Assembly (NCBI GenBank): GCA_963783385.1
Contig: CAWANJ010000009.1
Span: forward strand, 896,410 to 960,409
Source: an uncultured Gemmatimonadales bacterium
Lineage (GTDB): Bacteria > Gemmatimonadota > Gemmatimonadetes > Palauibacterales > Palauibacteraceae
Direction of reading: 5' to 3'
DNA length: 64,000 bases
Under the pieces are notes generated by a model. That model made no database searches. It had not been told where the DNA came from and was given only the letters and a program-made list of their open reading frames with translations. Made by a program: the position numbers and the translations under genes. Numbering within the stretch: position 1 is the stretch's first letter; each line of letters begins with the position of its first letter. This document shows, piece by piece, positions 21,645 to 31,958 of this stretch.

Positions 21645-22301
21645 ATGAGCGATACGCGCCGCCGGCTCCTCCTGCGGCTCAAGCGGCACGGGGCCATGAC
21701 GCTGGCCACGATCTCGGAGGCGTTCGACCTCTCTCCCGAGACGCTGCGCAGCCACCTGCGCGACCTCGAAGCGGAGGGGTTGGTGGAGCGGGCCGGGGTC
21801 CGGAGGCACGGGCGGGGCCGGCCCGAGGTGATCTACCAGCTGGCCCCCGCCGCCGAACCGCTGTTCCCGCAGCGCGAGGGCGAGGTGCTGGGCGAGCTCG
21901 CCGCCTTCCTGGTCCGCAGCGGCCGTCAGGACCTCATCCAGGGCTTCTTCGACGAGCGCATGGCCACGCGCCGCACCGAGGCGCTGCGGCGCGTGGAGGG
22001 GCTCGAGGGACGGGCCCGCATGGAGGAGATCGCCGACCTCCTCACCGAAGAGGGCTTCATGGCGGAGGTGGAGACCTCCGCCGACGGAGAAGCCGAGCTC
22101 CGCCTGTGTCACTGCCCGATCCGGGAGCTGGTGGACGTGTCGTCCGTCCCGTGCCGGGCCGAGATCGGCCTGGTCCGCGAGCTCCTGGGCGAGCGCTTGG
22201 CCCGGAACAGCTACATCCCGAACGGCGAGCCCGCCTGCAGCTACTCGCCCGGGCCCCGGGATGGAGCGAGGAACGAGCCGGCCGCGGAGGCCGCCGGCTA
22301 G
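21645..22301 (+). CDS. winged-HTH (ArsR-like) transcriptional regulator with Cys-rich C-terminal sensor region
   Basis: HTH region RRLLLRLKRHGAMTLATISEAFDLSPETLRSHLRDLEAEGLVER. The C-terminus has four Cys (LCHCPI...PCRAE...ACSY), suggesting a metal or redox sensor. GTG 21596 is a possible alternative start. Confidence 0.65.
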   Translation: MSDTRRRLLLRLKRHGAMTLATISEAFDLSPETLRSHLRDLEAEGLVERAGVRRHGRGRPEVIYQLAPAAEPLFPQREGEVLGELAAFLVRSGRQDLIQGFFDERMATRRTEALRRVEGLEGRARMEEIADLLTEEGFMAEVETSADGEAELRLCHCPIRELVDVSSVPCRAEIGLVRELLGERLARNSYIPNGEPACSYSPGPRDGARNEPAAEAAG

Positions 22302-22423
22302 CGGCCGGCTCCCCGCGTCGGGCACGGGTCCCCCCCTCCGGCGGCGCGTGGCAGGCATCCTGCTGAGCGTGACGGGGCGACCGATCCGAGGACCCTTCCC
22401 CCCGTTGCGGCGGAGTCTCGCTC

Positions 22424-23569
22424 GTGGACATCCCGACGGCCCTGGCGGCCATCCTCCGGCACACGGTCGGCATGGCCTGGAAGATCGCGTGGGGCCTGGC
22501 GCTCGGCTTCATGATCTCCGGAGCGATCCAGGCGTTCGTGTCTCGGGAGGAGATCGCCCGCCACCTGGGCCGGCCGACGCTCCGGGCCCTCGCCCTGGCC
22601 AGCTTCTTCGGGTTCGCGTCCTCCTCCTGCTCCTACGCCGCCGCGGCCATGAGCAAGACCCTGTTCCAGAAGGGGTCGCACATCGTCAACGCCACGGCCT
22701 TCCTGTTCGCCTCCACCAACCTCGTGATCGAGATCGGCCTCATCATCTGGGTGCTGCTGGGATGGCAGTTCGTCCTCGCCGAGTTCGTCGGGGGGATCCT
22801 GCTCATCGTGGTGATGGCCGTCCTCCTGCGCTGGTTCGCGCCGGCCGGGGTGTTCGAGGAGGCCCGCCGGCACCTGGACGAGGCCGGAGGCGGAGGCCAC
22901 GAGCATCACCGCCACGGCGGGACGCTGCCGGCCTCCGCGCTCCTCACCCGGCGAGGGCTGGCGGCCACGGGACGCTACCTGTCGACGGACGTGCGCATGG
23001 TGGGCAGGGACATCGTCCTCGGGCTGGTCATCGCGGGCACCCTGGCGGCGCTGGTCCCGCAGGAGTGGTGGCGGTCCCTGTTCCTGACGGCGGGATCGGG
23101 CGGCGCCGTCCACCCGGGATTCTGGGTGAGCGTGGAGAACGCGGTGGTGGGACCGGTAATCGCCATCGTCTCGTTCGTGTGCTCGGTGGGCAACATCCCG
23201 ATGGCGTCGGTGCTGTGGGCGGGAGGGATCTCCTTCGGCGGGGTCGTGGCGTTCATCTTCGCCGACCTGGTCACGATCCCGATGGTGCTGGTGTACCGGC
23301 GCTACTACGGCTGGAAGCCGGCGCTTGTGTATGCCGGCTACCTCCTGGCGACCATGGTGGTCACGGCGCTGATCGTGGACGGCCTGTTCCGGCTCACGGG
23401 GATGGCGCCCGAGGTGCCGGTCGCGGCCCGCAGGGGCCTCCAGCACGTGGACTACTTCGCGTGGGACTACACGGCGTGGCTGAACCTGGTGTTCGTGCCG
23501 CTGGCCGCGGGCCTGTGGTGGCTGGGGTCACGCCGCGCCGAGGTGGGAGAGCACCGGCACGGCGGGTAG
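22424..23569 (+). CDS. DUF318/UPF0718-type permease (ArsP-like), operonic with the regulator
   Basis: GTG start. About eight TM helices, with an SSCSY motif in a TM helix as in ArsP/DUF318 permeases, and a His-rich loop (GGGGHEHHRHGG). Confidence 0.7.
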   Translation: MDIPTALAAILRHTVGMAWKIAWGLALGFMISGAIQAFVSREEIARHLGRPTLRALALASFFGFASSSCSYAAAAMSKTLFQKGSHIVNATAFLFASTNLVIEIGLIIWVLLGWQFVLAEFVGGILLIVVMAVLLRWFAPAGVFEEARRHLDEAGGGGHEHHRHGGTLPASALLTRRGLAATGRYLSTDVRMVGRDIVLGLVIAGTLAALVPQEWWRSLFLTAGSGGAVHPGFWVSVENAVVGPVIAIVSFVCSVGNIPMASVLWAGGISFGGVVAFIFADLVTIPMVLVYRRYYGWKPALVYAGYLLATMVVTALIVDGLFRLTGMAPEVPVAARRGLQHVDYFAWDYTAWLNLVFVPLAAGLWWLGSRRAEVGEHRHGG

Positions 23570-23581
23570 TCGGCCCGGCTC

Positions 23582-24142
23582 CTAGCCCGCCACGCCGTAC
23601 TGGGCCACCGCCTTGACCATGTCGGTGGTGCTGAGCAGGCCGACCAGGCTCCCATCCTCCATCACGAGCACCCGGTGGACGCCCGTGCGCAGCATGTAGC
23701 GGGCGGCGTCCCGGATGCTGTCGTCGGGGCCGACCGAGGACACCTTCCGGGTCATGATCTCCTCGACGGTGTGGTCGTCGAACACGTTCCACTCCGGCGC
23801 GTCGGGGCTGGCGAGTCGCTCGACCACGTCCACCCCAGCGTCGGCCCAGTAGGCCAGGAAGTAGGCGGCCGTGGGATCGTCGGGCGCCTCCGCGGCCCGT
23901 TCTTCCTCCTCCGAGAGGCCATCGGGCTCGGAGGGAAAGTCCCGTTCCGTCGGCGAGCCCGGCGCGTCGGCGGCGAACATGGCCAGGTCCGAGGCGCTCA
24001 CCACGCCGACCACCTCGTGGCCGGCGAGCACGGGTAGGCCCGTCACTCCCGACGTGACCAGCGTCTCGGCGGCTTCCCGCAGCGTAAGGTCCGGCGACAC
24101 GGTCACCACGTCCAGCGTCATGACGTCCCGTACGCGCAGCAT
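23582..24142 (-). CDS. CBS-domain pair protein
   Basis: ATG (rc 24140-24142) with a GAGGAG RBS. Two CBS motifs (MTLDVVTVSPDLTLREAAETL; GLPVL...VVGVVSASDL; second pair ...GVHRVLVMEDGSLVGLLSTTDM). Confidence 0.75.
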   Translation of the reverse strand: MLRVRDVMTLDVVTVSPDLTLREAAETLVTSGVTGLPVLAGHEVVGVVSASDLAMFAADAPGSPTERDFPSEPDGLSEEEERAAEAPDDPTAAYFLAYWADAGVDVVERLASPDAPEWNVFDDHTVEEIMTRKVSSVGPDDSIRDAARYMLRTGVHRVLVMEDGSLVGLLSTTDMVKAVAQYGVAG

Positions 24143-24398
24143 CTTGCGACTCCTCGGACTCGTGTCTCGCGTCCCCGGCATCCCCTGCCCTCGCGCCGGC
24201 CGCCGGAGCCATCCGGCCCCGTTGCGCGGAAGCTAGGGCAGGCCGTCCCGAGCGGCTGTCCTGCACTTCCCGTTTCGAAGTGTGGGGGGATTCTCGCGGC
24301 GCGCCGGCCGCATCGTGGAGCGGGCCCGGCGCCGCTGGCAGCCAGCGCCCGCGACGCCGGCCGCGTCCCCCGCGACGGCCGGCCGCGTCCTTCGCGCT

Positions 24399-24434
24399 GA
24401 CGTCCGCGTCGACGTCCGCGTTGACGTCCGCGCC
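24399..24434. repeat. tandem 12-mer x3 (GACGTCCGCGTC / GACGTCCGCGTT / GACGTCCGCGCC) upstream of the BNR gene
   Basis: Seen directly in the sequence. Each unit contains GACGTC. It lies 55 nt upstream of the ATG at 24489. Confidence 0.5.
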
Positions 24435-24488
24435 GCCGGCCGGCATCGTGCGGCCGCGAAGGATGATCAACCCCACCAGGAGCCGAGC

Positions 24489-27400
24489 ATGTCCCGTCCC
24501 GTCGACGCCGCCCCGGGCCGCGCGCCCCGCCGTCCGCTGGCCCTCGCCGCGGCGCTCGCGGCGGTACTGGCCGTGCCCGCCGCCCTCGCCGCGGCGGCCC
24601 CGCTCCTCGCCGCTCCGCCCGCGGCGGCCGACACGACCTTCGGCGCCCTGCGCTGGCGCTCGATCGGTCCGTTCGAGGGAGGACGCGTCGAGGCGGTCAC
24701 CGGCGTGCCGGGCCAGCCGAGCACCTTCTACTTCGGCGCCGTGGTCGGGGGCGTGTGGAAGACGACCGACGCGGGCGGCCACTGGCGGCCGGTGTTCGAC
24801 GGGCAGCCGATCGCCTCGATCGGCGCCATCGCGGTGGCGCCCTCCGACCCCAACGTGATCTACGTGGGCACCGGCGAGCCCGACCCGCGCGGCGACATCT
24901 CGTTCGGCGACGGCGTCTACAAGTCCACCGACGGCGGCAAGACGTGGACGAACGTCGGCCTGCGCGACACGCGCCACATCGGCGACATCGTGGTCGATCC
25001 GCGCGACCCCGACGTGGTCTACGTGGCGGCGCTCGGCCACATGTTCGGCCCCAACGAGCAGCGCGGCGTGTTCCGCTCCACCGACGGCGGGAAGACGTGG
25101 GAGAAGGTCCTGTACCGGGACGAAAACACGGGCGCGGTCGACCTGTCGATCGACCCGAACAACCCGCGCGTCCTGTTCGCGGCGCTGTGGCAGGTTCGGC
25201 GCCGCCCGTGGCAGCTGGCGAACGGCGGGCCGGGCAGCGGCCTGTACGAGTCCACCGACGGCGGCTCCACCTGGACGCAGGTCCAGGGGCGCGGCCTCCC
25301 CTCGGGCACCCTGGGGCGGCTGTCCGTGTCGGTGTCGGGCGCCGACGGCGAGGTCGTCTACCTGCTGGTCAACCACAAGACGAAGGGCGGCCTGTACCGC
25401 TCCGACGACGGCGGGGCCACCTGGACGCTGGTGAACGACAGCCAGACGATCCAGCAGCGGCCGTGGTACTACTTCCGGGTGTACGCCGACCCGAAGGACC
25501 CGAACACGGTCTACGTGTGCAACTTCCTCTTCCACCGCTCGACCGACGGGGGCCGCACGTTCGGCACGATCCGGCTCCCGCACGTCGACAACCACGCCCT
25601 GTGGATCGACCCGTCGGACCCGAGCCGCATGATCGAGGGGAACGACGGCGGCGCCACGGTCACCCTGAACGGCGGCCGCGACTGGAGCTCGGAGTCCAAC
25701 CAGCCCACCGGCCAGTTCTACCACGTGAACGTCGACGACCGCTTCCCCTACTGGCTGTACGGGGCCCAGCAGGACCGCGGCACCATCGCCATCGCCAGCG
25801 CCTCCTACCGCGGCGGGATCACCGACAAGGACTGGTACAACGTGGGCGGCGGGGAGAGCAGCTACGTGCTGCCCCGGCCGGGCGACCCGAGCGTCGTGTA
25901 CGCGGGCTCCTACTTCGGCTACACCACCCGCATGGACGTGAGCACGGGGCAGACCCGGAACGTGAGCCCCTGGCCCCTGAACCCCGAGGGCGCGCCCGCC
26001 AAGGCGGTCAAGTACCGGTTCAGCTGGGTGTCGCCCACGGCGGTCGACCCGCGCCACCCGAACGTGGTGTACGCCGGCTCGCAGAAGCTGCTGAAGTCGA
26101 CCGATGAGGGGGCGAGCTGGACGGAGATCAGCCCCGACCTCACCCGGAACGACACCACGAAGCAGGTACGCTCGGGCGGGCCCGGTCACCTGGGACAACG
26201 TGGGGGCCGAGTACTACGACGTGATCTACACGATCGCCCTGTCGCCGAAGGCCGAGGGCGAGATCTGGGTGGGCTCGGACGACGGGCTGGTGCACCTGAC
26301 GCGCGACGGCGGGCAGCACTGGACGGACGTGACCCCGAAGGGCATGCCGACCTGGGCCAAGGTGAGCCTCATCGAGGCCTCGCCGCACGACCCGGCCACC
26401 GCGTACGCGGCCGTGGACGCCCACAAGGCGGACGACTTCACCCCGTACTTCTACCGCACGCACGACTACGGGCAGCACTGGACCCTGATCACCAGCGGGA
26501 TCCAGGCGCCCTCGTTCGCGCGCGCCATCCGCGAGGACCCGGTCCGCAAGGGCCTCCTGTACGCGGCCACCGAGCTGGGCGTGTACGTGTCCTTCGACGA
26601 CGGCGACCACTGGCGCTCGCTGCAGACCAACCTGCCCACGACCTCGGTGCGCGACCTGGCCGTCAAGGACGGCGACCTGGCCATCGCGACCCACGGCCGC
26701 GGCTTCTGGATCCTGGACGACCTGGCGCCGCTCCGGGGCTGGACGCCCGAGGTGGCCTCGGCGCCGCTGCACCTGTTCACCCCCGACACGGCCTACCGCA
26801 CCGAGGCGGCGGGCGGCCGCGTGTCGCCCGGCGAGGCGGCGGGCCAGAACCCGCCGCGCGGAGCCATCCTGGACTGGTCGCTGGCCTCGGCCGCGACCGA
26901 CTCGGTGCGGCTCGACATTGTGGACGGGAGCGGCGCGGTGATCCGGAGCTTCCGGCGCCCGCTGGAAGGTTCGGGCGGCTCCGCGGCGGGGTCGAGCGCC
27001 GGACGCGGCGGCGCGTCCGGCGGCCTCCCCGCCCACGCCGGCGTGAACCGCTTCGTGTGGAACCTGCGCTACGCCGGCGCCCCGCCTCTCCGGGTGCCGG
27101 GCGGCGCGGTGTTCGAGGCGGGCGGTCCGGCGGCGCCCCGCGCCTTGCCGGGCACCTACACGGTGCGGCTCACGGTGGACGGCCGCACCGAGACCGCGCC
27201 GCTGCAGGTGGCGCTCGACCCGCGCGTCGAGGCGAGCCCGGAGGACCTGCAGGCCCAGCTCGACCTCATGCTGAAGCTGCGCCAGGCGATGACGGACGAC
27301 CACGTCGCCTTCAACCGGATCGCCGGGGTGCGCGAGCAGCTGGGCGTGCTGGAGCGGCAGCTGGGGAGCGACGCGTCCCACGCCTCCGTGGTCGCCGCCG

Positions 27401-27717
27401 TGAAGAAGCTGGACGAGCGTGCCGACTCGACCGCGACGCAGCTGTTCCAGTTCCGGGCGAAGGTGCCCAAGGAGCTGTTCATGAACCACCCGGCCACCCT
27501 GAACGTGAAGCTGGCCTCGTTGCAGGGCTCGGTGGACGCGGCCGACGCGGCCCCCACCGCGCAGCAGGTGGACGTGTACGACCTGCTGCGGAAACGGCTG
27601 GACGACGTGCTGACCGAGTGGAACGAGATCCGCACCAAGGAGATCCCGGCGCTCAACGAGCAGCTGCGCGCGGCCGGGATCGGACCGGTGTTCGTGCCGG
27701 GGGGCGGCGGGGAGTAG
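24489..27717 (+). CDS. BNR/Asp-box repeat (sortilin/VPS10-like) secreted glycosidase-like protein, one frameshift near 26165-26180
   Basis: Signal peptide, then many S-x-D-x-G-x-T-W Asp-box repeats (STDGGKTW x5 and more). The N-terminal 560 aa are in frame 0. The C-terminal 515 aa (VTWDNVGAEYYDV...) continue in frame 1 (ORF 26104..27717). Confidence 0.7.
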
Positions 27718-27781
27718 GAGGCCGAGCGGGCGGAGGCTGGCCCGGGCCTCGGGTCGCGGCGACGCCTCCCTTCCCCGGCCC

Positions 27782-27811
27782 TTGACCGTGCGGCGAGATC
27801 GGGCGTAGATC
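27782..27811 (+). promoter_or_regulatory. candidate sigma70 promoter for the PD40 lipoprotein tandem (TTGACC-18-TAGATC)
   Basis: -35 TTGACC (27782-87) and -10 TAGATC (27806-11), about 105 nt upstream of ATG 27918. Confidence 0.3.
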
Positions 27812-27917
27812 GTTTCTTGGAAGTTCGAGGCCCCATCCGGACCCGGACCGGCGGCACCGCCGACTCCGGAGGTCGCGCTCCTCCCTGCCTCCTCACCCCG
27901 GTGCAAGGAATCCTACC

Positions 27918-29132
27918 ATGCCCGCGACGGCCCACACGCGCCCTCTCTCCCCCCGGCTCCGGGCCTCCCCCCCGATCCGGGCGGCGCTTCTCCGCACGAC
28001 GCTCCTCGTGGGCCCGCTGAGCCTGCTCGCCTGCGGCGGCGGCGGCGCGAGCTCGACCGGACCCGACACGGGCAGCCTGTCGGTGACCACCAAGACGAGC
28101 GGCCAGAGCCTGGACCCGGACGGCTACACGGTGACGGTGGACGGCGGGCAGGCGACCTCGATCGGAACCAACGACTCGAAGGCGTTCGCGAGCCTGTCCC
28201 CGGGGAGCCACGAGGTCGAGCTGTCCGACGTTCGGGCCAACTGCGCGGTGGGCGGCGACAACCCGCGATCCGTGTCGATCGACGCGGGAGCCAGATCCGG
28301 CGCGCTGTTCGACGTCACCTGCCAGCAGGCGCTCGTCGACCGGATCGCGTTCTCGACGACGCGGGATGGCAACATTGAGGTCTACGTCATGAACCCGGAC
28401 GGCTCGGAGCCGGTCGACCTCAGCAACGATCCGTCGAGCGACGGGAGTCCCGCCATCTCCCCGGACGGAACGAAGGTCGCGTTCGTGACCTACCGGGACG
28501 GCAACAACGAGATCTACGTCATGAACGCCGACGGGTCCGACCCGGTGGACCTTACCAACGACGTGGCCGATGACGGGGGTCCCGCCTGGTCTCCCGACGG
28601 CTCGCAGATCGCATTCTGGACCGACCGGGACGGCAACGCCGAGATCTACGTCATGAACGCGGACGGCTCGAACCCCATTCGCCTCACCAACAACCCGGCC
28701 GTCGACTCGAAGCCCGCGTGGTCGCCCGACGGATCGCAGATCGCGTTCGTGTCGAGCCGCCCGGGCAACGACGACGTCTACGTCATGGACGCCGCCGGCT
28801 CCGACCCCGCCGACCTCACCAACGACCCGGCGACCGACACCGATCCCGCCTGGTCTCCCGACGGATCGCAGATCGCCTTCGCGACGAACCGGGACGGCAA
28901 CCTCGAGGTCTACGTCATGGGCGCCGATGGCTCGAGTCCCCTCCGGCTCACCCACGGCTCGGGCGTCGAGGTGGGTCCGACCTGGTCGCCCGACGGATCG
29001 AAGATCGCGTTCCAGGGGGACAAGAACGCGGTGGCCGACATCTGGGTCATGGACGCCGACGGCTCCAACCAGGTCGACGTCACCCTGACCCCGGCCAGCG
29101 AGGGCGAGCCCGCGTGGAGCCCGCTCCAGTAG
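27918..29132 (+). CDS. lipoprotein with N-terminal beta-sandwich-like domain and TolB-like PD40 beta-propeller
   Basis: Lipobox LSLLAC. About seven PD40 repeats (EIYVMNADGS..LTN....PAWSPDGS.IAF). Confidence 0.75.
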   Translation: MPATAHTRPLSPRLRASPPIRAALLRTTLLVGPLSLLACGGGGASSTGPDTGSLSVTTKTSGQSLDPDGYTVTVDGGQATSIGTNDSKAFASLSPGSHEVELSDVRANCAVGGDNPRSVSIDAGARSGALFDVTCQQALVDRIAFSTTRDGNIEVYVMNPDGSEPVDLSNDPSSDGSPAISPDGTKVAFVTYRDGNNEIYVMNADGSDPVDLTNDVADDGGPAWSPDGSQIAFWTDRDGNAEIYVMNADGSNPIRLTNNPAVDSKPAWSPDGSQIAFVSSRPGNDDVYVMDAAGSDPADLTNDPATDTDPAWSPDGSQIAFATNRDGNLEVYVMGADGSSPLRLTHGSGVEVGPTWSPDGSKIAFQGDKNAVADIWVMDADGSNQVDVTLTPASEGEPAWSPLQ

Positions 29133-29164
29133 GGCCCCGGACCGGGAAGACGAGGAGCACGATC

Positions 29165-30367
29165 ATGCGCCCGACGGCCCACGCACGACACCTTTCCACG
29201 CTGCTCGGCGCGGCGACTCTTCGCTCGACGCTGCTCGCCGGGACGCTGGGTCTGCTGGCCTGCGGCGGTGGCGGAGGCGCCACCGGCCCGGCGACGGGCA
29301 GCCTGACCGTGACCACCTCGACGACGGGACAGGACCCGGACCCGGACGGCTACACGCTGACCCTGGACGGCGGGCAGGCGACCCCCATCGGGACGAGCGA
29401 CACGCACACGTTCCCCGGCCTCTCCACCGGGAGCCACGAGATCGAGCTGGCCGACGTCCGGGCCAACTGCGGCGTGGGCGCCGACGACCCCCGGTCGGTG
29501 TCGGTGGACGCGGGGGCCACGGCCAGCACGACGTTCGACGTCACCTGCAAGCAGGCGCTCATCGGCCAGATCGCGTTCGTGGCCTTGCGGCAGTTCACGC
29601 CGCAGGTCTACGTCATGAACGCCGACGGCTCCGACCAGGTCAGCCTCGTGAACTGGCCGGCCCAGGAAGCGGCCATCTCACCCGGCGGGACCCGGGTCGC
29701 GTTCAGCGGCCCCTCGGCCACGGCGGGCGGCCTGGACATCCACCTGGTGAACGCCGACGGCTCCAGCCGCGTCGACATCACCAACGACTCCGCCGGCCAG
29801 GACGACCATCCCGCCTGGTCGCCGGACGGGTCAAGGATCGCCTACGATCGGTACCGGAATGGCGACACCGAGATCTACGTCATGAACGCCGACGGCTCGG
29901 ATACGGCGAACCTCACGAACGACCCGGGAGCCGAGGACCGAGAGCCCACCTGGTCGCCCGACGGATCGCAGATCGCGTTCTCCACGAACCGGGACGGGAA
30001 TTTCGAGATCTACGTCATGAACGCCGATGGCTCGAATCCTGTCCGCCTCACCCACGAATCCGGAGCCGTCGATTCCCATCCCGCGTGGTCGCCCGACGGG
30101 ACGAAGATCGCGTTCGCGACGGACCGGGACGGGAACCTCGAGGTCTACGTGATGGACGCCGACGGCTCGAATCCGGTTCGCCTCACCCACGGCACCGGAA
30201 CCGAGACGGAGCCCACCTGGTCGCCCGACGGATCACAGATCGCGTTCACGGGCGACAGGAACGCCGTGGCCGACATTTGGGTGATGGACGCCGACGGCTC
30301 CAACCAGGTCGACGTCACGATGACCCAGACCATCGAGGGCGGTGCCTCCTGGAGCCCGGTCCAGTAG
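29165..30367 (+). CDS. PD40 beta-propeller lipoprotein, tandem paralog of 27918..29132
   Basis: ATG 29165 after GAGGAG, with lipobox LGLLAC. Same architecture as the upstream gene and roughly 60-70% identity by eye. It is the tail of ORF 28718..30367. Confidence 0.75.
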   Translation: MRPTAHARHLSTLLGAATLRSTLLAGTLGLLACGGGGGATGPATGSLTVTTSTTGQDPDPDGYTLTLDGGQATPIGTSDTHTFPGLSTGSHEIELADVRANCGVGADDPRSVSVDAGATASTTFDVTCKQALIGQIAFVALRQFTPQVYVMNADGSDQVSLVNWPAQEAAISPGGTRVAFSGPSATAGGLDIHLVNADGSSRVDITNDSAGQDDHPAWSPDGSRIAYDRYRNGDTEIYVMNADGSDTANLTNDPGAEDREPTWSPDGSQIAFSTNRDGNFEIYVMNADGSNPVRLTHESGAVDSHPAWSPDGTKIAFATDRDGNLEVYVMDADGSNPVRLTHGTGTETEPTWSPDGSQIAFTGDRNAVADIWVMDADGSNQVDVTMTQTIEGGASWSPVQ

Positions 30368-30369
30368 GC

Positions 30370-31945
30370 TCAGCGCCAGGTGCGCCGCAGCGGGTGCGCC
30401 TCGGTGTTGAACACGACCGCGAGGGTGTCGCGGGCGCCGGCGCTCGTCCCCGACGCCCCGGTCGAGTCCGCCGCGGCCGTGTCCGCCCCGGCCACCCTAT
30501 CGGTCCCCGCCCACGTCCTCAATTTCAGCGCCGAGTCGGGCGAGAACAGCAGCCACGCGTACTTGAGGGTCTCGGCCAGGAAGTAGGAGGGCATGCGGTC
30601 GGCGCGCTCCCCGGTGCGCACGTCCTTCAGGGCGGCGAAGCCCGCGTCGGTGCGGCAGCGCTCGACGATCGCCTCGAACATCCTGCGGCCCATCTCCCGG
30701 TAGCGGACGTCGCCGGTGGCGCGCCACAGGTAGAAGGCCGACTCGAGCGCCTCGGGGCGGAGCTCGTAGCCGGGGCTCACGATCTTCATGGTCCGGTAGT
30801 CCATGACCTCGGGCTCGATCCCCCACCGCTCCCACATCGTGTCGACCGAGGCCATGAGCGGGACCGCGCGGCCGAGGAGCGTGTCCGCGAGGACGGGCAT
30901 CGAGTCGGCGCGTAGGGCCTCCGAGCCCAGGGTCAGGGCGCCCGGGAAGAAGGCGTCCAGGGCCCCGAAGTGGGCGGCGCCGCGCTTCCCGGTCCGCATG
31001 TCGGCGTGGCCGTACCAGGCGCCGGTCGGACCGCGGTCCGCCAGGTAGCGACCCGCGGCCGACACGCTGGTGCTCCACATGTCCAGGAAGTCGGGGTCGC
31101 CGAACAGGAGCCACGCCTTGAGCAGGTACTCGTAGTAGGAGTCGATCCCGCCGCTCACGTGGCTGTCCGAGGTCGGTCCACTTCCCCGTCCGCACGTCGA
31201 TCCCGCTCCCCACCAGCCCGATGTTCGAGCGCCGCTCGTACAGGGCGGTCACGGCGCGCTTGGCGTCGTGGTAGTAGATCGTGTCGCCCGTCAGCTTCGA
31301 GAGGGTCCCGAACTCGAGCATCAGGGTGCCGACCTCGGCCGGGTTCGACACCGGGCCGGAGACGGCGCCGGTGCGCAGGTTCACGAACCTGTAGGGCATC
31401 CCGGTGGGCGAGCCGAACGCGGGCAGGAGCCGGTGGCCCAGGTCCTCGGCCAGGGCCAGGAAGCGCGGATCGCCGTCCATTTGGTAGGCGGACAGGAGCC
31501 CGCCCAGCATCCGGATGGTGATCTCGAACACTTGCACCCGCTGGCTCCGGTCGAAGGACAGGCTGTCCAGGATCATCGACTTCGCCCGGGCGGCGTCGCT
31601 CTTCAGGCCGAGCAGGAGCATGGTGTCGAAGCCGTCGACCGGGGTCATGAGGAGGGAGCCCCCCTCGTACCAGTCGCGGGCGGTGTGGCTCAGGGGCCGG
31701 AGCTCGTCGTGGCCGGCCGCGTAGCGCGCGTAGCCGTCCCAGGCGTGGGCGAGCTGGCCGCGGGCGGCCGCGGCGAGGGGCGCCCACACGGTGTCGCGCG
31801 GGGCGGAGGCGGCGGCCGTCCCACCCGCGGCCCCACGATCGGGGCGCGAGGGCGCGCCGTATAACACGTACAGGACGGCGAGGAGCGCGGCGAACACGAA
31901 CAGCGGCCCGAGCACTCGCGCCGCCTGGCGGCCGCCGCCCTTCAC
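30370..31945 (-). CDS. glycoside hydrolase family 47 (class I alpha-1,2-mannosidase-like), one frameshift near 31160-31180
   Basis: GH47 motifs: IRMLGGLLSAY, LMLEFGTLS, GIDSYYEYLLK, and C-terminal FYLWRATGD...ETLKYAWLLF. N-terminal signal/anchor. Two overlapping ORFs (30497..31945 and 30370..31158) in different frames. Confidence 0.7.
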
Positions 31946-31958
31946 CGCGAGACTCGAC

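Noticed and set aside
21491-22366. ORF 21491..22366 (+, TTG start) beginning in the AT-rich promoter, with an ATG at 21508 preceded by GGAGG
   Set aside because: Its translation (MSRLSSCLYCKMRLAPSPCYRW…) is not protein-like. The GGAGG is 19 nt from that ATG. The frame is off relative to the well-supported regulator gene that starts at 21645.
23394-26198. 934-aa minus-strand ORF antisense to the permease, CBS and BNR genes
   Set aside because: Low-complexity R/G/A/P translation that spans several well-supported genes on the other strand.
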